A stretch of DNA of 64,000 bases from Octopus vulgaris (lineage: Eukaryota). The notes beneath the pieces are model-generated. The model was not told the origin of the DNA and ran no database searches. It saw only the letters and a list, made by a program, of their open reading frames with translations. The stretch is taken from contig OX597817.1 in the NCBI GenBank assembly GCA_951406725.2, positions 43,214,001 through 43,278,000 of the forward strand, written 5' to 3'. Both the position numbers and the translations under genes were made by a program. This document shows positions 41,161 to 54,658 of the stretch, piece by piece. Within the stretch, counting starts at the first letter, position 1; each line of letters opens with the position of its first letter.

Positions 41161-41598
41161 AAAGATAGTTTCAACGTTACAATGAGATTGCTGAAAATCT
41201 TCATAATCCATTGGATTGCCGGTTTTAGTGCAGCGTATATTGTGACATTCAACCAGACGGAACCTATTCCTCTCAATATATTATTAAATGACTTGAACCC
41301 AGCTCCCCAGACTAACAAAATACTTAGAAATTTTAAAGTGCTCTTTCTGCTAGCAACAATGAAACAGCGATCTATAGTGGGATACATTTATAGTTTGGTG
41401 GACTGGGGAAGCAAAACAACAGTTTTGTTCACGAATACAATACAACACCGATAACATGAAATGACTAATGGCTCCTTCAGTTGTTTCTTTAATCGGCAAC
41501 AGATTCGGTCGGCTGATACAAACAATAGCTTGATTTGATCTAAAACCAAACACTTCGATAATAATTTGTTGTTTCCATTTTTTTCCCCCTTTCTCCAG

Positions 41599-41660
41599 AT
41601 GGATGAAGTTTATAGCAAGAAAAATGAACACTACATCGGTACCGAAGTGGTAGAATTTAG
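41599..41660 (+). CDS. Host gene exon: SEA domain middle part
   Basis: tttctccag| ... AG|gtgagt; 62 nt, phase 0-2; MDEVYSKKNEHYIGTEVVEF(S). Confidence 0.85.
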
Positions 41661-42851
41661 GTGAGTAGATCATTAACAATGATAATAATGCTAGTCGTGT
41701 TGATAATTATGGTGTTGCCGTTGTTGTTAGTAGTGTTGGTGATAATGATAAATTATGCTGTTTCTGAAGGTGATGATATCAAATGATAATGATATCAAAT
41801 GATTATGCTAACGATGACGTCGTTAATGATAGTATTACTTCGTTCAAAACGAAGACCATTTCCAAAATCAAATATATATATTGGATGTTATTTGATATGT
41901 TTTTCTTCATCTTTGTTGTCCAAATTCATGCTCCTGGCCATTATGTATCTCTCTTATCTCAGTTTTGGTTTCTCTCTCTCTTTATCTCTATATATGTATG
42001 TATGTATACATACATACATACATACATACATGCATACATACATACATACATACATACGTTCATACATGTATGTATGTATGTATGTATGTATGTATGTATA
42101 TATATAATTTAGCGTCCGTATTCCATATTAGCTTGGGTTGGGCAATATGACAGGATCTGACAGATCAGAGGACTTTGTCGAGTTCCAATGCCCATTATAT
42201 ATGTATAATGTGTGTGTTATGTGTGTGTGTGTGTGTGTGTACACGATGCTTGATTTATTTGTTTTAAGCACCGGAGAGAAGCATATGAAACAAAATATTG
42301 AAATCTTTTTCTTTGTAAAACTACAAATTGTAAACTTCATGATATAAATTGTCACATTGGAAATATAATTACTACACACGCACACAGCCGCAACCCCACA
42401 CTCATACGCGCTCCTTCACGCTCCTCCACGCATCATACAGCATTTGATTAAGAATAAAGTCCTGTTAAATACATCATTTAATTTAATTATTCGGCGGCAT
42501 ATACGCAACATTAATCAAGCAACATTAATCAAGTAATCGTGTAACAATGACACCAACAATTGATTAATTTAGAAGCAAAATATTACAATAGAGTAGTTAA
42601 AAGCCGAAAATAATATATTTCGTCATATATTTAATATTTATTAATTTCTAAACCCTTAAATCGGCCGAAGGTTGTTTTAGCCAGGGTACTGCGCACCCTC
42701 ATTGCAGACACTAAGATTTCATTGCATTCTGTAAGTTCAGGCAACGAAGACAGAGACAGAATTAAAAGTAAAAGAAGAAAAAGAAAGAACTTCCATACTC
42801 AGTAGAAATGTATTCGCAGTTGTTTTAATGTTTATCTTCTGATTGTTGCAG

Positions 42852-43066
42852 TCCTGGAAGCATCAGCGTAAAGTTCCGTATTCTCTTCAATACAAGTTTG
42901 GATAAGATTCCAGGAGATAACGTAACTAAGGAAATGACCTTTTCTGCAGTGCCACCACTGGAAAAAGAAGGGAAACAACTACAAGGAAGAATCATTCATT
43001 ATATAAGGACAACAATTATCGAAGCCAACAGATTGAGAATTAATCGAACGACAGTTAAAATACTTG
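42852..43066 (+). CDS. Host gene exon: SEA domain C-terminal part with GSISV motif
   Basis: ttgcag| ... G|gtaaga; 215 nt, phase 2-1; (S)PGSISVKFRILFNTSLDKIPG...RINRTTVKIL. Confidence 0.88.
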
Positions 43067-43362
43067 GTAAGAGAGATTCCGCTTTTGATAAGACTACATT
43101 CTGTTTGCAATAGAACCACATTGTAAATATCTTCCTACTTTTTATCTGTAATAAAACTATTGTATATCTGTGATAAAGATACCTTCTACATGTATTTTCT
43201 GATAGTATTTTATGCTGCTATCTCCTGGTAGATAGTGAACCTGGAAAAGGTAATAGGAAAGGGAAATGAATGTGTATGTATGTATGTATGTATGTATGTA
43301 TGTATGTATGTATGTATGTATGTATGTATGTATGTATGTATGCATGCATATATGTATGTATG

Positions 43363-43408
<46 letters not shown>

Positions 43409-43466
43409 TGAATAGACAAACGAAAGAAGGGCACTCAACACATTTATTAGGAGTTACATATATGGA

Positions 43467-43834
43467 TCAAAACAGTTTGATTAAAACTCTTTGGTACTTT
43501 GAGTTTCAAGGGCGACGCTAATCTTCGGCCATTGGAATTTGAATGAATCAGAGTCAATGCTTATGGACGTTAGCCTGCGAGTGTCGAGGAAGGTCACGCG
43601 GTGTCACAGTTTAATGTTGGTATTTCAGCGACAACAATTAGTTGGAAATTATTGTCGCTAAAATACCAACATCAAACTATGACACTACGTGACCATTCTC
43701 GACCAATTGCAGGCTAACGTCCGTGATAAGCAATGACTCTCTTCAACTGTCCTCTCATTCAAACTCCAATGGTTGAAGATAAGCGTCACGCTTGAAACTC
43801 AGAGTACCAAGGTGTTTGACTCAAACTGTTTTGA
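43467..43834. repeat. Long fold-back (about 175-bp arms, few-nt loop); each arm has a hammerhead-like motif (43492-43531 minus, 43770-43809 plus)
   Basis: Arms are diverged reverse complements; TGG-TTGAAGA-T-AAGCG-tca-CGCTT-GAAAC-tcaga-GTA-CCA on plus and a CCGAAGA version on minus. Confidence 0.8.
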
Positions 43835-44778
43835 ATAAAAAACGTGTTATAATTTCAACCAGGCCGTCTACGCAATGACGCTCAATCAATTTACAAGTTT
43901 TCAAACATAGAAAGTTTACAAACATAAATAACTTTTAGTACAATTTGCAAAGTTTTGTTGAAACTTTTCTGAATCAGAAATGTATTTCGATTTCTGAATA
44001 ATACAACAAAGCCATGACTTACATATTTATTGTTAATACGCTCCGGCAGCTGCGAACGTAATTCGTCACAAGAGAACGGCTTCTTCATTACGGTGAATAC
44101 GTGTTCAAAGGAGAAGTTGTTCTCCTGTGACGAAGCGCTTAATACGTTCTACCGGAACGTATTAAGAGTAAAAACGCAAGTCATTGTCCTGACTACAGCT
44201 GTTCACCGTGCATATGACGTTTATTAACAACAAAACCATTTCTGTTTTCAAATTTAAATTTTGTACCTTTTTCCTAATGTTGGCGGTAAAATTGTAAGCT
44301 TATAACAACAACAACAAAAATCTGTGTTTATGCTATTTTAAGAATTTGCATGTATAAAAAATCCCATTAATTATGAAACTATAAACAGTGGGAAATCGAT
44401 CCTGGTGAAGAAAGCTAACATAGTATTTGTTAAATATATAAAACTGTCCTAATCTCCACTGTAGGGAATTGTAGTGATATTTATTTACGAGAATAGGTTA
44501 CGAAAGTAATCTTGCTATAGATATGGCATTGACCGTTCTGCTTGTAAGTCTTGTTAGCTTGGTTAACTGTAATTCTCATTGCAAGCAGTAGAAAATCAGA
44601 ATAGAAAAAAAGGTCCAAAATAACCATTTAGTTAGTTACATTTTTACGAAGACGTTAGAGAAAATAATCTGAAACGGTAAACTTATTGCCCGGTACAAAG
44701 GGAGCTAAAATAAAGTTGTAATGCAAGGACACAACAACAACAACAACAACAACAACAATAATGATGATGATGATAATG

Positions 44779-44826
<48 letters not shown>

Positions 44827-45038
44827 GTTTCAAATTTTGCAGCAAGGGCAAAAATTTTAGGGGAGGGGATGAGTCGATTACATCGACCCCAATGTTCAAG
44901 TGGTACTTATTTTATCGACCCTGAACGGATGAAAAGCAAAGTCGACCACGGCGGAATTTGAACTCAGAACGTATAGACGAACGAAATGCCCCTAAGCATT
45001 TTCCCCAGCGTGCTAACAATTCTGCCAGCTCACCGCCC

Positions 45039-45083
<45 letters not shown>

Positions 45084-45230
45084 CAATGATGATGATGATA
45101 GTAATAATAATAATAATAACAACAACAATAATAATAGTAATAACAACAACAACAACAATAATAATAGTAATAACAACAACAACAACAACAATTATAATAA
45201 TTTACTAAACGTTTTTTTGTTTTGTTCTAG

Positions 45231-45899
45231 AAATACTGTCTGGAAACAGAGTGCTGAATTTGACAAATAATTATCCTCTTGATCGTCGAAAACTTGATTG
45301 GAAGAAATTGTGGGAGAAAATGACAGCGTCCAGTTCTAATGTGATTTCATCAGTCATGCAGAATGGGCAAAAGCGAAAGAAAACAAATCATACTGTTTGG
45401 GGAACAACAGAGACCAATCTACCAAACGGTTCTAATCAAGCGGTAAAGTATGGTACAGCTTGGACAACAAGAACAACAGGGAAGTCTACAACAGCAAATT
45501 CAACAATGAAGACAATAGCCGTATCATTAAGAACAAATAGATCTTCTCAAATGGAGCAAGCGGAGATATCAACTTCTAGAGACTTGACAATAAAAAACCA
45601 GGATGAGACAGCAACCAAAAACGATGTTTCTGAACAAAATATAAATTTAAATGACAGCTCAAAAAATTCCCAAAGCACACCAGTTAAAGAAATTTCAATT
45701 GGATCAGAGGAAGGAATTAAGCATAAAGATTTAAACCATCACATCAATAGTACTTTAGATCCAAAAAAACATCTAGATAATATGGGAACTAATATTACCT
45801 ACCAACTGAATTCTACGTCAACTGTTAAGTATATGACAGGTCTGAGGACTGAACTTGAAAACTTTATATCAACTACAAGAAGCATTGCTGAGCTAACCC
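45231..45899 (+). CDS. Host gene exon: Ser/Thr/Asn-rich mucin-like stalk
   Basis: ttgttctag| ... C|gtatgt; 669 nt, phase 1-1, stop-free; corresponds to ORF 45251..46165 up to IAELT; many N-x-S/T sequons. Confidence 0.8.
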
Positions 45900-46240
45900 G
45901 TATGTATAAATATATTTATTTGATATTTGTTTGTTCCTTCTCGAGCCATGCCCAGCTCATTAGGACCGGTTTCCCGGTTTCCTTAGCGTATAGGTTCCTC
46001 ACCTGGACGGGACGCCAGTCCGTTGCAGGTGAGCTGCAAGATGTAGGAGGAAAGAGTGAGAGAAAGTTGTGGCGAAACAGTCAGCAGAAGTTTGTCATTA
46101 CCTTCTGCCGGAGCCGCGTGGGGATTAGATGTTTCGCTCATAAACACACACATCACCCGGTCTGAGATTCGAACCCACAATCCCTCGACCGTGAGTCAGC
46201 TGCTCTAACCACTAGGTCATTTGCCTCCACTATTTGATAT

Positions 46241-46572
46241 TTATCCCTACTTAAATGTGGATGTTGTGTTGGAACACACAATACTGCGTTATTTATCACG
46301 AGAGAAACTCTCGTATGGACTTGTGGTGCATAACTGCAACCGTGCTTATATTATTAGTGGGAGATAGTCATCCGCTGCCAGATCACGTTATTTCGGCTTT
46401 CCTTGGCCTTGTCAATGACATGTTCACGGCTTGACATAGCGATTCCTCCATCACCGATGTCTATATTTTCAGTGTCTTTACATGCACTAAGTCCATATGA
46501 AAGGTTCTCTCGTAGTAAATAACGCAATACTCCTTGTCCTAACACAACGTCCACTTTTAAGTGGGGATAAAT
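46241..46572. repeat. MITE-like element with about 80-bp imperfect terminal inverted repeats
   Basis: TTATCCCTACTTAAATGTGGATGTTGTGTT...TATGGACTT versus AAGTCCATA...AACACAACGTCCACTTTTAAGTGGGGATAA. Confidence 0.65.
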
Positions 46573-47123
46573 ATTACCTTTTAGTATTAATTCTGCTTCT
46601 GTCGTTTTTAATATTTAAAAGAGCGATAGCAGAAAGTTATGTGAAAATCTTTCTTCAGATCGTCCATAGTATTATTAGCGGGTTGGGTGTTGGGAATCAA
46701 AACCATCGAGAACTTTCCATGGTACCCGCAATTAAAGCAATCACGCAAAATAATTTTCAAACATTCCTAGTAATCAGTTTCTCGATCTCTAAATTTCTAA
46801 GTCCGATGAAAATATCTGGATTGGAATTTTATGTGGACCTCTTGAATCGAGAGTTGTGATTATTCTGTAATGTTTATTGGCTTTCGTAAATGAAACCGTT
46901 GGTCTGCATTCTTTGCTTTGTATATAGGACACAGTGTACTTGATAATGTATTACAGTTGCATACAAAATACAGTGTAGTGTCCCCACTAGCCATTAATAT
47001 GCACGTATCAATTACCGGCAATATGTTTAATATGTAAAATTGGTCTACCCAGTTGTGTTATACCACTAAAACTTTGTGGCACTTTAAGCAATGTGTTCGT
47101 GGAATGTTAATGGGTTGCATGTA

Positions 47124-47164
47124 GTACTGAAGAAGGGGCAGTAATTCCTGAAATATGTATATAC
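47124..47164 (+). ncRNA. Minimal type I hammerhead motif (Penelope-type)
   Basis: GTA-CTGAAGA-AGGGG-cagtaa-TTCCT-GAAA-T-atgt-ATA-TAC. Confidence 0.6.
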
Positions 47165-47387
47165 GCCAATTCCCTATTTTCTATCTTCGATCGCGTTGTT
47201 TACATAGACGTATTCGTATATGAAACTTCATAACTTTCAGTACTGGCTCTAATTGCTATAGAATATCTGTAGAGATAACTTCAAAAATGTGTTTGAATCG
47301 CACTGCTAACACAGGTAGGACATGGTATTGACCTATAAACTTTTAGTATACTTGATAGTATATTATGATTGCATAACAAAATACGGT

Positions 47388-47531
47388 AGATTATTTACAT
47401 TATTTATAATTGACAGATATTTACCTTGTTTGTTGTTAGCACAACGTTTCGGCTGATATACCTTCCAGCTTTCATCAGGTGTCTTGGGGGGAAATTTCGA
47501 ACCTGGAATAACAACAACAACAACAATGATG

Positions 47532-47576
<45 letters not shown>

Positions 47577-47758
47577 GCATCGAAAAATACCTCAGGAATG
47601 AGAACCCAGGTTCGAAATTTCCCCAAGACACCAGATGAAGGCTGGAGGGTATATCAGCCGAAACGTTGTGTTAACAACAAACAAGATGAGAACAAATATC
47701 CGTCAATGGTAAATAATGTAAATAATGTACATAATTCTTCATCTCTTAAATATAGAAC
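47388..47758. mobile_element. Inverted pair of the same hammerhead-tailed family, flanking (AAT)n
   Basis: 47388-47507 is the reverse complement of about 47605-47730; GACAC-CTGATGA-stem-GAAAC-GTT-GTG(C/T)T on minus (47438-47484) and a CAGATGA version on plus (47627-47672). Confidence 0.75.
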
Positions 47759-48049
47759 AAAATACGGTATCTCTACCAGCAATAAAATAGATACGTGTGT
47801 GTGTGTGCACGCGCGTGTTTATTTACTTATATCGTTGCGAGTTTCAGACTAGGCTTTTAGTTTAGCGTGCCACCTACAGACTTTGCCATTTTTTAAAATT
47901 CACCCATATCATTCTCTCTAACAATGATCTCTTTCTCATAGAAACTGTCAACGTTCCAAGACAGAAGCATCCGCTTAGTTTTTATTTCATAACCTCCGCA
48001 TCAAACCGATTAGCGACCTACGAAATAGGGTTAACATTCAGCGAGAATG

Positions 48050-48520
48050 GATTGAACTGAACTGTGACTAATGTTCACATCCTCCGATAACACATGCACG
48101 ATAATTCAACGATCTTTCTGAACAGCTGAACGTACATCTACGATGTTTTTATCAGTTCTACCGGTTGCGGGTCTCCAAGAACGTACGTCACTGTCGATAT
48201 TTTGTCTTGGAAACGTTTGAACCACTCGTACACTAGTGTCCGGCTCATACATTCCTCTCCATACACTTTCTGCAACTTTGTGTTGGTCTCTGCACAGGTA
48301 TCACCAAGTTTTGGTAAGAGTTGACGCAAATTCTCTGCTCAATTTTCTCGGTGAGACGATCATACTGTACACACTTTACTTCCTGGCACTGCTATGAACA
48401 AAAGAAGTGAGTGAGATTGCTATAACTTAGTGCACACGTGTGACAGAGTTCAAGGTTTATCTATGCCAATTTGGCTCCTTTACCAGAGGAACAATCCCGA
48501 TACTTTTTGATCAGACCTCG
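48050..48520 (-). mobile_element. mariner transposase 5' remnant (HTH region) with one TIR
   Basis: KLGDTCAETNTKLQKVYGEECMSRTLVYEWFKRF; terminus TA|CGAGGTCTGATCAAAAAGTATC on minus; left boundary approximate. Confidence 0.7.
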
Positions 48521-48814
48521 TATGTATGTATGTATGTATGTATGTATGTATGTATGTATGTATGTATGTATGTATGTATGTATGTATGTATGTATGTATG
48601 TATGTATGTATGTATGTATGTATGTATGTATGTATGTATGTATGTATGTATGTATGTATGTATGTATGTATGCAAGCATGTATGCATGTAAGTATTATGT
48701 GTGCACGCATGCATGTACTTATGTATGCATGTATGTATGTATGTATGTATGTATGTATGTATGTTTGTGTTTATGTATATATGTTTTTATATTTGTATGT
48801 ATATTTGTATGTAT

Positions 48815-49007
48815 AGGCGCAGGAGTGGCTGTGGGGTAAGTACCTTGCTTACGAACCGCATGGTTCCGGGTTCAGTCCTACTGCGTGGCTCCTTGGGCGT
48901 ATGTCTTCTACTATAGCCTCGGGCCGACCAAAGCCTTGTGAGTGGATTTGGTAGACGGAAACTGAAAGAAGCCCGTCGTATATATGTATATATATATATA
49001 TAAATAA

Positions 49008-49042
<35 letters not shown>

Positions 49043-49260
49043 GTGTGTGTGTGTGTGTGTATGTTTGTGTGTCTGTGTTTGTCCCCCCCAACATCAATTG
49101 ACAACCGATGCTGGTCTGTTTACGTCCCCGTAACTTAGTCGTTCGGCAAAAGAGAACCGATAGAATAAGTCTTGGGGTCGAATTGCTCGACTAAAAGCGG
49201 TGCTCCAGCATGGCCACAGTCAAATGACCGAAACAAGTAAAAGGGAGTGAAGAGTAAAGA
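48815..49260 (+). mobile_element. SINE, same family as 37289-37685
   Basis: Same head, body and tail. Confidence 0.8.
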
Positions 49261-49369
49261 GTATGATGTATGTTTGTACATATGACTGGAATAGTAAACA
49301 AAGTTAAATTCATCCGGATGAACTGTGTCAGCTCGATCGATGTTTGTCAAATCATTGCCAGGTTTAGAA

Positions 49370-50424
49370 TGTAACAGGTGTTTATAATAACGTACTAAAA
49401 GTATGTTTTATGGTCGGCTGCTTCTTCAGTCTTAATAGTGTTACGGACCACCTGCCGTCGCTCGGTCGATCGGAGAAAGTTCGCCACGGAAACTCGGAGA
49501 GGAGAGAGAGACAACGACAACAACAACAGCAGCCGCAAGAAGAGACACGAAGGCAATCGAGAGAGACACAAAGAAGGCAATTGGCTCACATTTAACGTAC
49601 TAGTTTATATTAATTGTTACAACATCAAATACATATCAGATACATTTAAAGAGGACACGTCGAATAAAACAACAACTCAATACATCATACAGGTATACCA
49701 CAGATCAAAGCATTTAAACTGTCCGGAGACAGCAGTTCTGTTTCAAATCACATTAAAGTTACAGTTCAAAGGACATTAAAGGCCTATACAGTTCAATGTT
49801 CATTACACAGTTCTCTTTTCAACAACTCTGTACACAATGTCTTTACACAGTTCACATTGTTCTTTTCACTGTCTCATTTCTTTTACATTTCAATACATCG
49901 ATTCTTTCTCCTTCTTTCTCTTCACATATCAATGCAACAATAACACATACCTTCAGTTCCTGCTATAATAGCCAATGTCTCATATTGTACCTCATCTCTC
50001 TTAGCACTGCTAAATCCAACTGCTAAACTGCTTGCCCTGAATTCCAAATCCTCACTCCTAAATCCAACCGCTCGCCTTGACTACCAAATACCGACTGCCA
50101 AAAACCTCACTTGCTCTGTCCTTGCCACTACCCTAATCTCTCTCTCGCAATCACTCTCTCTCTTAGCTCTACCTGTCTTCCTCTGCCTCTCATACTCTCT
50201 CACTCTACTGTCATCTCTCATGACAGCTCCCAGATTCCTTAATCTGTCTTTCTCAGCCCTTCATCCTCTCACTCTACTGTATCTCTCACACACTGAACTC
50301 TAATTCACCTGACAGGGCCAGGGAGCTTTCCCAGAGCTAATTAATCAACCCGCATCTGGCAGAACAATGGATTCATTGCCAAATGTAGGTCGCCGTCAAC
50401 TGTCCTTAAGCTGAACCCACAACA
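49370..50424 (-). mobile_element. Possible solo LTR or other long interspersed repeat
   Basis: Compositionally distinct block with strong strand asymmetry, ending ...CCACAACA (TGTTG start on minus); other end and TSD not established. Confidence 0.25.
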
Positions 50425-50519
50425 ATAGCAAGACTACATTTGTTTGCAAATATGCTTTGTGAGAAAATGTGTCCTCGTAAAGTTTTTGCGGAAAACCCCA
50501 TTTCTATGACATCTTCTCG

Positions 50520-50709
50520 CTCTTACTCTTTTACTCTTTTACTTGTTTCAGTCGTTTGACTGTGGCAATGCTGGAGCACCGCCTTTAGTCCAGCAAATCG
50601 ACCCCAGGACTTATTCTTTGTAAGCCTAGTACTTATTCTATCGGTTGTCAAACGATGTTAGGGTGGACAAACAAAGACAAACAAACAAACAAACAAACAC
50701 ACACACACA

Positions 50710-50763
<54 letters not shown>

Positions 50764-50915
50764 CGACGGGCTTCTTTCAGTTTCCATCTGACAAATCCAC
50801 TCACAAGGCTTTGGTCGGCCCGAAGCTATAGTAGAAGACACTTGCCTAAGGTGCCACGCAGTGGGACTGAACCTGGAACTATATGGTTCGTAAGCAAGCT
50901 ACTTACCACACAGCC
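50520..50915 (-). mobile_element. SINE, same family, reverse orientation, internal deletion
   Basis: Reverse complement of head and tail. Confidence 0.8.
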
Positions 50916-51244
50916 TACCACATACAATAGTTACACTTTCTTTTAAATAGTGAAATCTATTCAAATCACGTCCATTTTATTGTAACAGTGAAAATTTTAA
51001 AATTCAAGTCACTTATTGCTGTCATATTTGATGAACAAAGGAAAACAGATCTAATTTATTAATAATACTATGAGTAGAAGACATTAACCCAGCGACTAAT
51101 ATCACTCCAATCTGATTCTAGCAAGTACAGACAAGAATTCCGGGTATGTTTCAATCATCATAGACGTGTTTAGTAATGCACAACTTCCTTCGCATTTGCC
51201 AACATGAGTGATAACCGAATCGCTCTATGAATGTATAATAATGT

Positions 51245-51662
51245 AGTGGTAAGTAGCTTGCTTACGAACCACACGGTTCCAGATTCAGTCCCACTGCGTG
51301 GCGTCTTGGGCAGGTGTCTTCTACTATAGCCTCGGGCCGACCAAAGCCTTGTGAGTGGATTTGGTAGACGGAAACTGAAAGAAGCCCGTCGTATATATGT
51401 GTATGTATATATATATATATGTATGTGTGTGTGTATACGTTTGTGTGTGTATACGTTTGTGTGTCTGTATTTGTCCTCCCAAAATCGCTTGACAACCGAT
51501 AGTGGTGTGTTTACGTCCCCGTAACTTAGCAGTTCGGCAAGAGAGACCGATAGAATAAGTACTAGGCTTACAAAGAATAAGTCCTGGGGTCTATTTGCTC
51601 GACTAAAGGCGGTGCTCCAGCATGGCCACAGTCAAATGACTGAAACAAATAAAAGAATAAAT
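51245..51662 (+). mobile_element. SINE, same family
   Basis: Same body and tail. Confidence 0.8.
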
Positions 51663-52231
51663 GAATAAAGGTTGCTTAGTACTGGGCTAGACCAACACAA
51701 AATAAACACAACGCATCGCATAGCAATGGTTAATGGAACATCCTAACTCCTAGGCCACGCGTCTTCACGAACTTGAAACATAGCCGTCGCCATATTATTG
51801 ATTTACAGCGTTTGTGACTGAAATCTCTCCAGAGACCAGTTTCTACATTAGATCTAAGACCACACGAAATATAGAATACTAACTGTTGTTTTCGAACTTG
51901 ATATTAAATTTCCCTGATTTTATTTACCTTATAAATTGAGTAAATGTTTATTGTGAACGTGAGAAATTTTATTAAATTTATCTTGCTCTCACCATCTATT
52001 TCTCATGAGCTGTCCTCGTTCTGTTTCTCTGTGTTGTGTTCTCTCTGTATGTCTTCCTCTAGTTGTCTGAAATTTTATGTCTGTGTGTCTCGTCCTAATT
52101 GTCTCTTTATTGTTTCTCCAGTTGTAAGATATTGCTTTCCTTATTCTTTATTGACCTATTTATCATTTGGTCCCAGTGCTTAACAGGTGCTAAGACATGT
52201 ATGTAAGAGCGTGTGTATACGTGATCATGCA

Positions 52232-52283
<52 letters not shown>

Positions 52284-52940
52284 CTCTTCTGTTTTTAAGC
52301 ATTAGGAGTCTTCCTGAAAGAAAGAAGCTGGTTTCTAAGAAAGCTGCAAAATTTCATTGCAATGTAGATAACTAAAACAATCTCACATTTTTGAACTTCA
52401 GAAAAAGTCTTGCATATTCTTACTGTTCCTCTTACCAATTGTCTTTGTAATATGTGTGTTATCTGATTGATTTTTTTCTCTAAAAACCCTAGCTTTTTCA
52501 AATTGTCACTTAAGCATTTACTCCCAAATCAAGGGCACCAATTATTATTGGTATGTATGTATGTATGTATGTATGTATGTATGTATGTATGTATGTATGT
52601 ATGTATGTATGTATGTATGTATGTATGCATGCATGCATGCATGTATGTATGCATGCATGCATGCATGCTTGCATGCATGTATGTATGTATGTATGTATGT
52701 ATGCATGCATATATGTATGCATGTATGTATGTATGTATGTATGTATGTATGTATGTATGTATGTATGTATGCATACATGTATTTGTGTGTGTGTGTGACT
52801 TTGCGTTTCTATTTTTGTCCCTCCACCGGTTGATAAGCAGTTTTGGCATATTTACTTAATCATCCGTAGCGGTTTGTCTTATTTATGTGATCATCCATAA
52901 CATCGAGGAAGGGGGGATTACAATCATTCTACCAAAATTT

Positions 52941-53011
<71 letters not shown>

Positions 53012-53172
53012 ATTCACTCACACACACGTCACTATAGTTTCTACCGACGGTATCCACTCACAAAGTATTAATTGACCCTGGGTTAAAGTAGAAGACACAT
53101 ACCCATGATGTCATGCATTTCTTAGTTTATTGTAAGTTCCTCTGGCTGCTACATCATGTCATATATATATAT

Positions 53173-53240
<68 letters not shown>

Positions 53241-53462
53241 TCGTATATATATATATATATATATACACACAAAATTTTATAATTATGAGTATAATTATAA
53301 TTAGGGTACAGCAAAAATTTGCTTCATCACACCGAAATTTAGAAATAGCAGTTAAAACTAACTATTTCACTACTATAAGAAAATCTCCCCACATAGCAAT
53401 ACTCAACAACCCACGCAGGTAAAGAGAAAAAAAAAATAACGAATCCACCCGGCTTTGATTCA

Positions 53463-53538
<76 letters not shown>

Positions 53539-54330
53539 TGGCATTCTGTCGGTCTCGATTACTAGGGTTCCAGTTGATCCGATCAACGGAACAGCCTGCT
53601 CGTGAAATTAACGTGCATGTGGCTGACAATCCACAGACACATGTACCCTTAACGTAGTTCTCGGGGAGATTCAGCGTGACACAGAGTGTAACAAGGCTGG
53701 TCCTTCGAAATACAGGTACAACAGAAACAGGAAGAAAGAGTGAGAGAAAGATGTGGTGAAAGAGTACAACAGGGTTCGCCACTCCCTGCCGGAACCACGT
53801 GGAACTTTAGGTGTTTTCGCTCAGTAAACACTCTCAACACCCGGTCTGCGAATCGAAACCGCGATCCTACGACTGCGAGTCCACTGCCCTAACCACTGGG
53901 CCATTGCGCCTCCACGATATAAACATTTCGCCGGGCGAAATGTTTAGTATTTCGTCTGCCTTTACGTTCTGAGTTCAAATTCCGCCGAGGTCGACATTGC
54001 CTTTCATACTTTCGGGGTCGATAAATTAAGTACCAGTTTACCAGTTGCGTACTAGGTTGATCTAATCGACTGGCCCCCACCCCCAAAAGTTCGGGCCTTG
54101 TGTTCAGAGTAGAAAAGGTGTGTATATAAATATATATATAGTCGCCATGCGCGATCGCTAAATCCACAAGTTTTTTATTCTCTCTCTGCTTATTTTCTCG
54201 TATTCCTTTCTGTTGAAGAACATAGGCTCGAAACCTAAAAGACTTTCTCACCTCCCGAGCATCAAACTAATACACCTGTTTGTTATTCACACACCTGTCT
54301 TCGTCTTCTGTTTTTTTGTAAATTTCAGCT

Positions 54331-54365
<35 letters not shown>

Positions 54366-54368
<3 letters not shown>

Positions 54369-54599
54369 GGTTGGCCAAAAGTTACTCTGCAGTAAATCAA
54401 AATTCCATAAATACTTAATATTCAGTTTTATTTATTCCCTTCAATTGTGAATGCATAATAATTGAATGCTGTTTAATCAAAATCACCGATCTATTTTCAA
54501 CATTTGTCTATTTATTAACGAAGTCTCATATAAAATAATTTTTGGTTTTAATCTTGGAATTAAATTGGTTTTGATTTGCTGTCAGGTGACTTTTGGCCA

Positions 54600-54605
<6 letters not shown>
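54366..54605. mobile_element. Tc1-like MITE
   Basis: CAGGGTTGGCCAAAAGT ... ACTTTTGGCCAACCCT; TA flanks. Confidence 0.75.

Positions 54606-54658
<53 letters not shown>

Noticed and set aside
41104-41454. 116-aa ORF
   Set aside because: Starts inside a MITE; no recognisable domain and no matching splice sites
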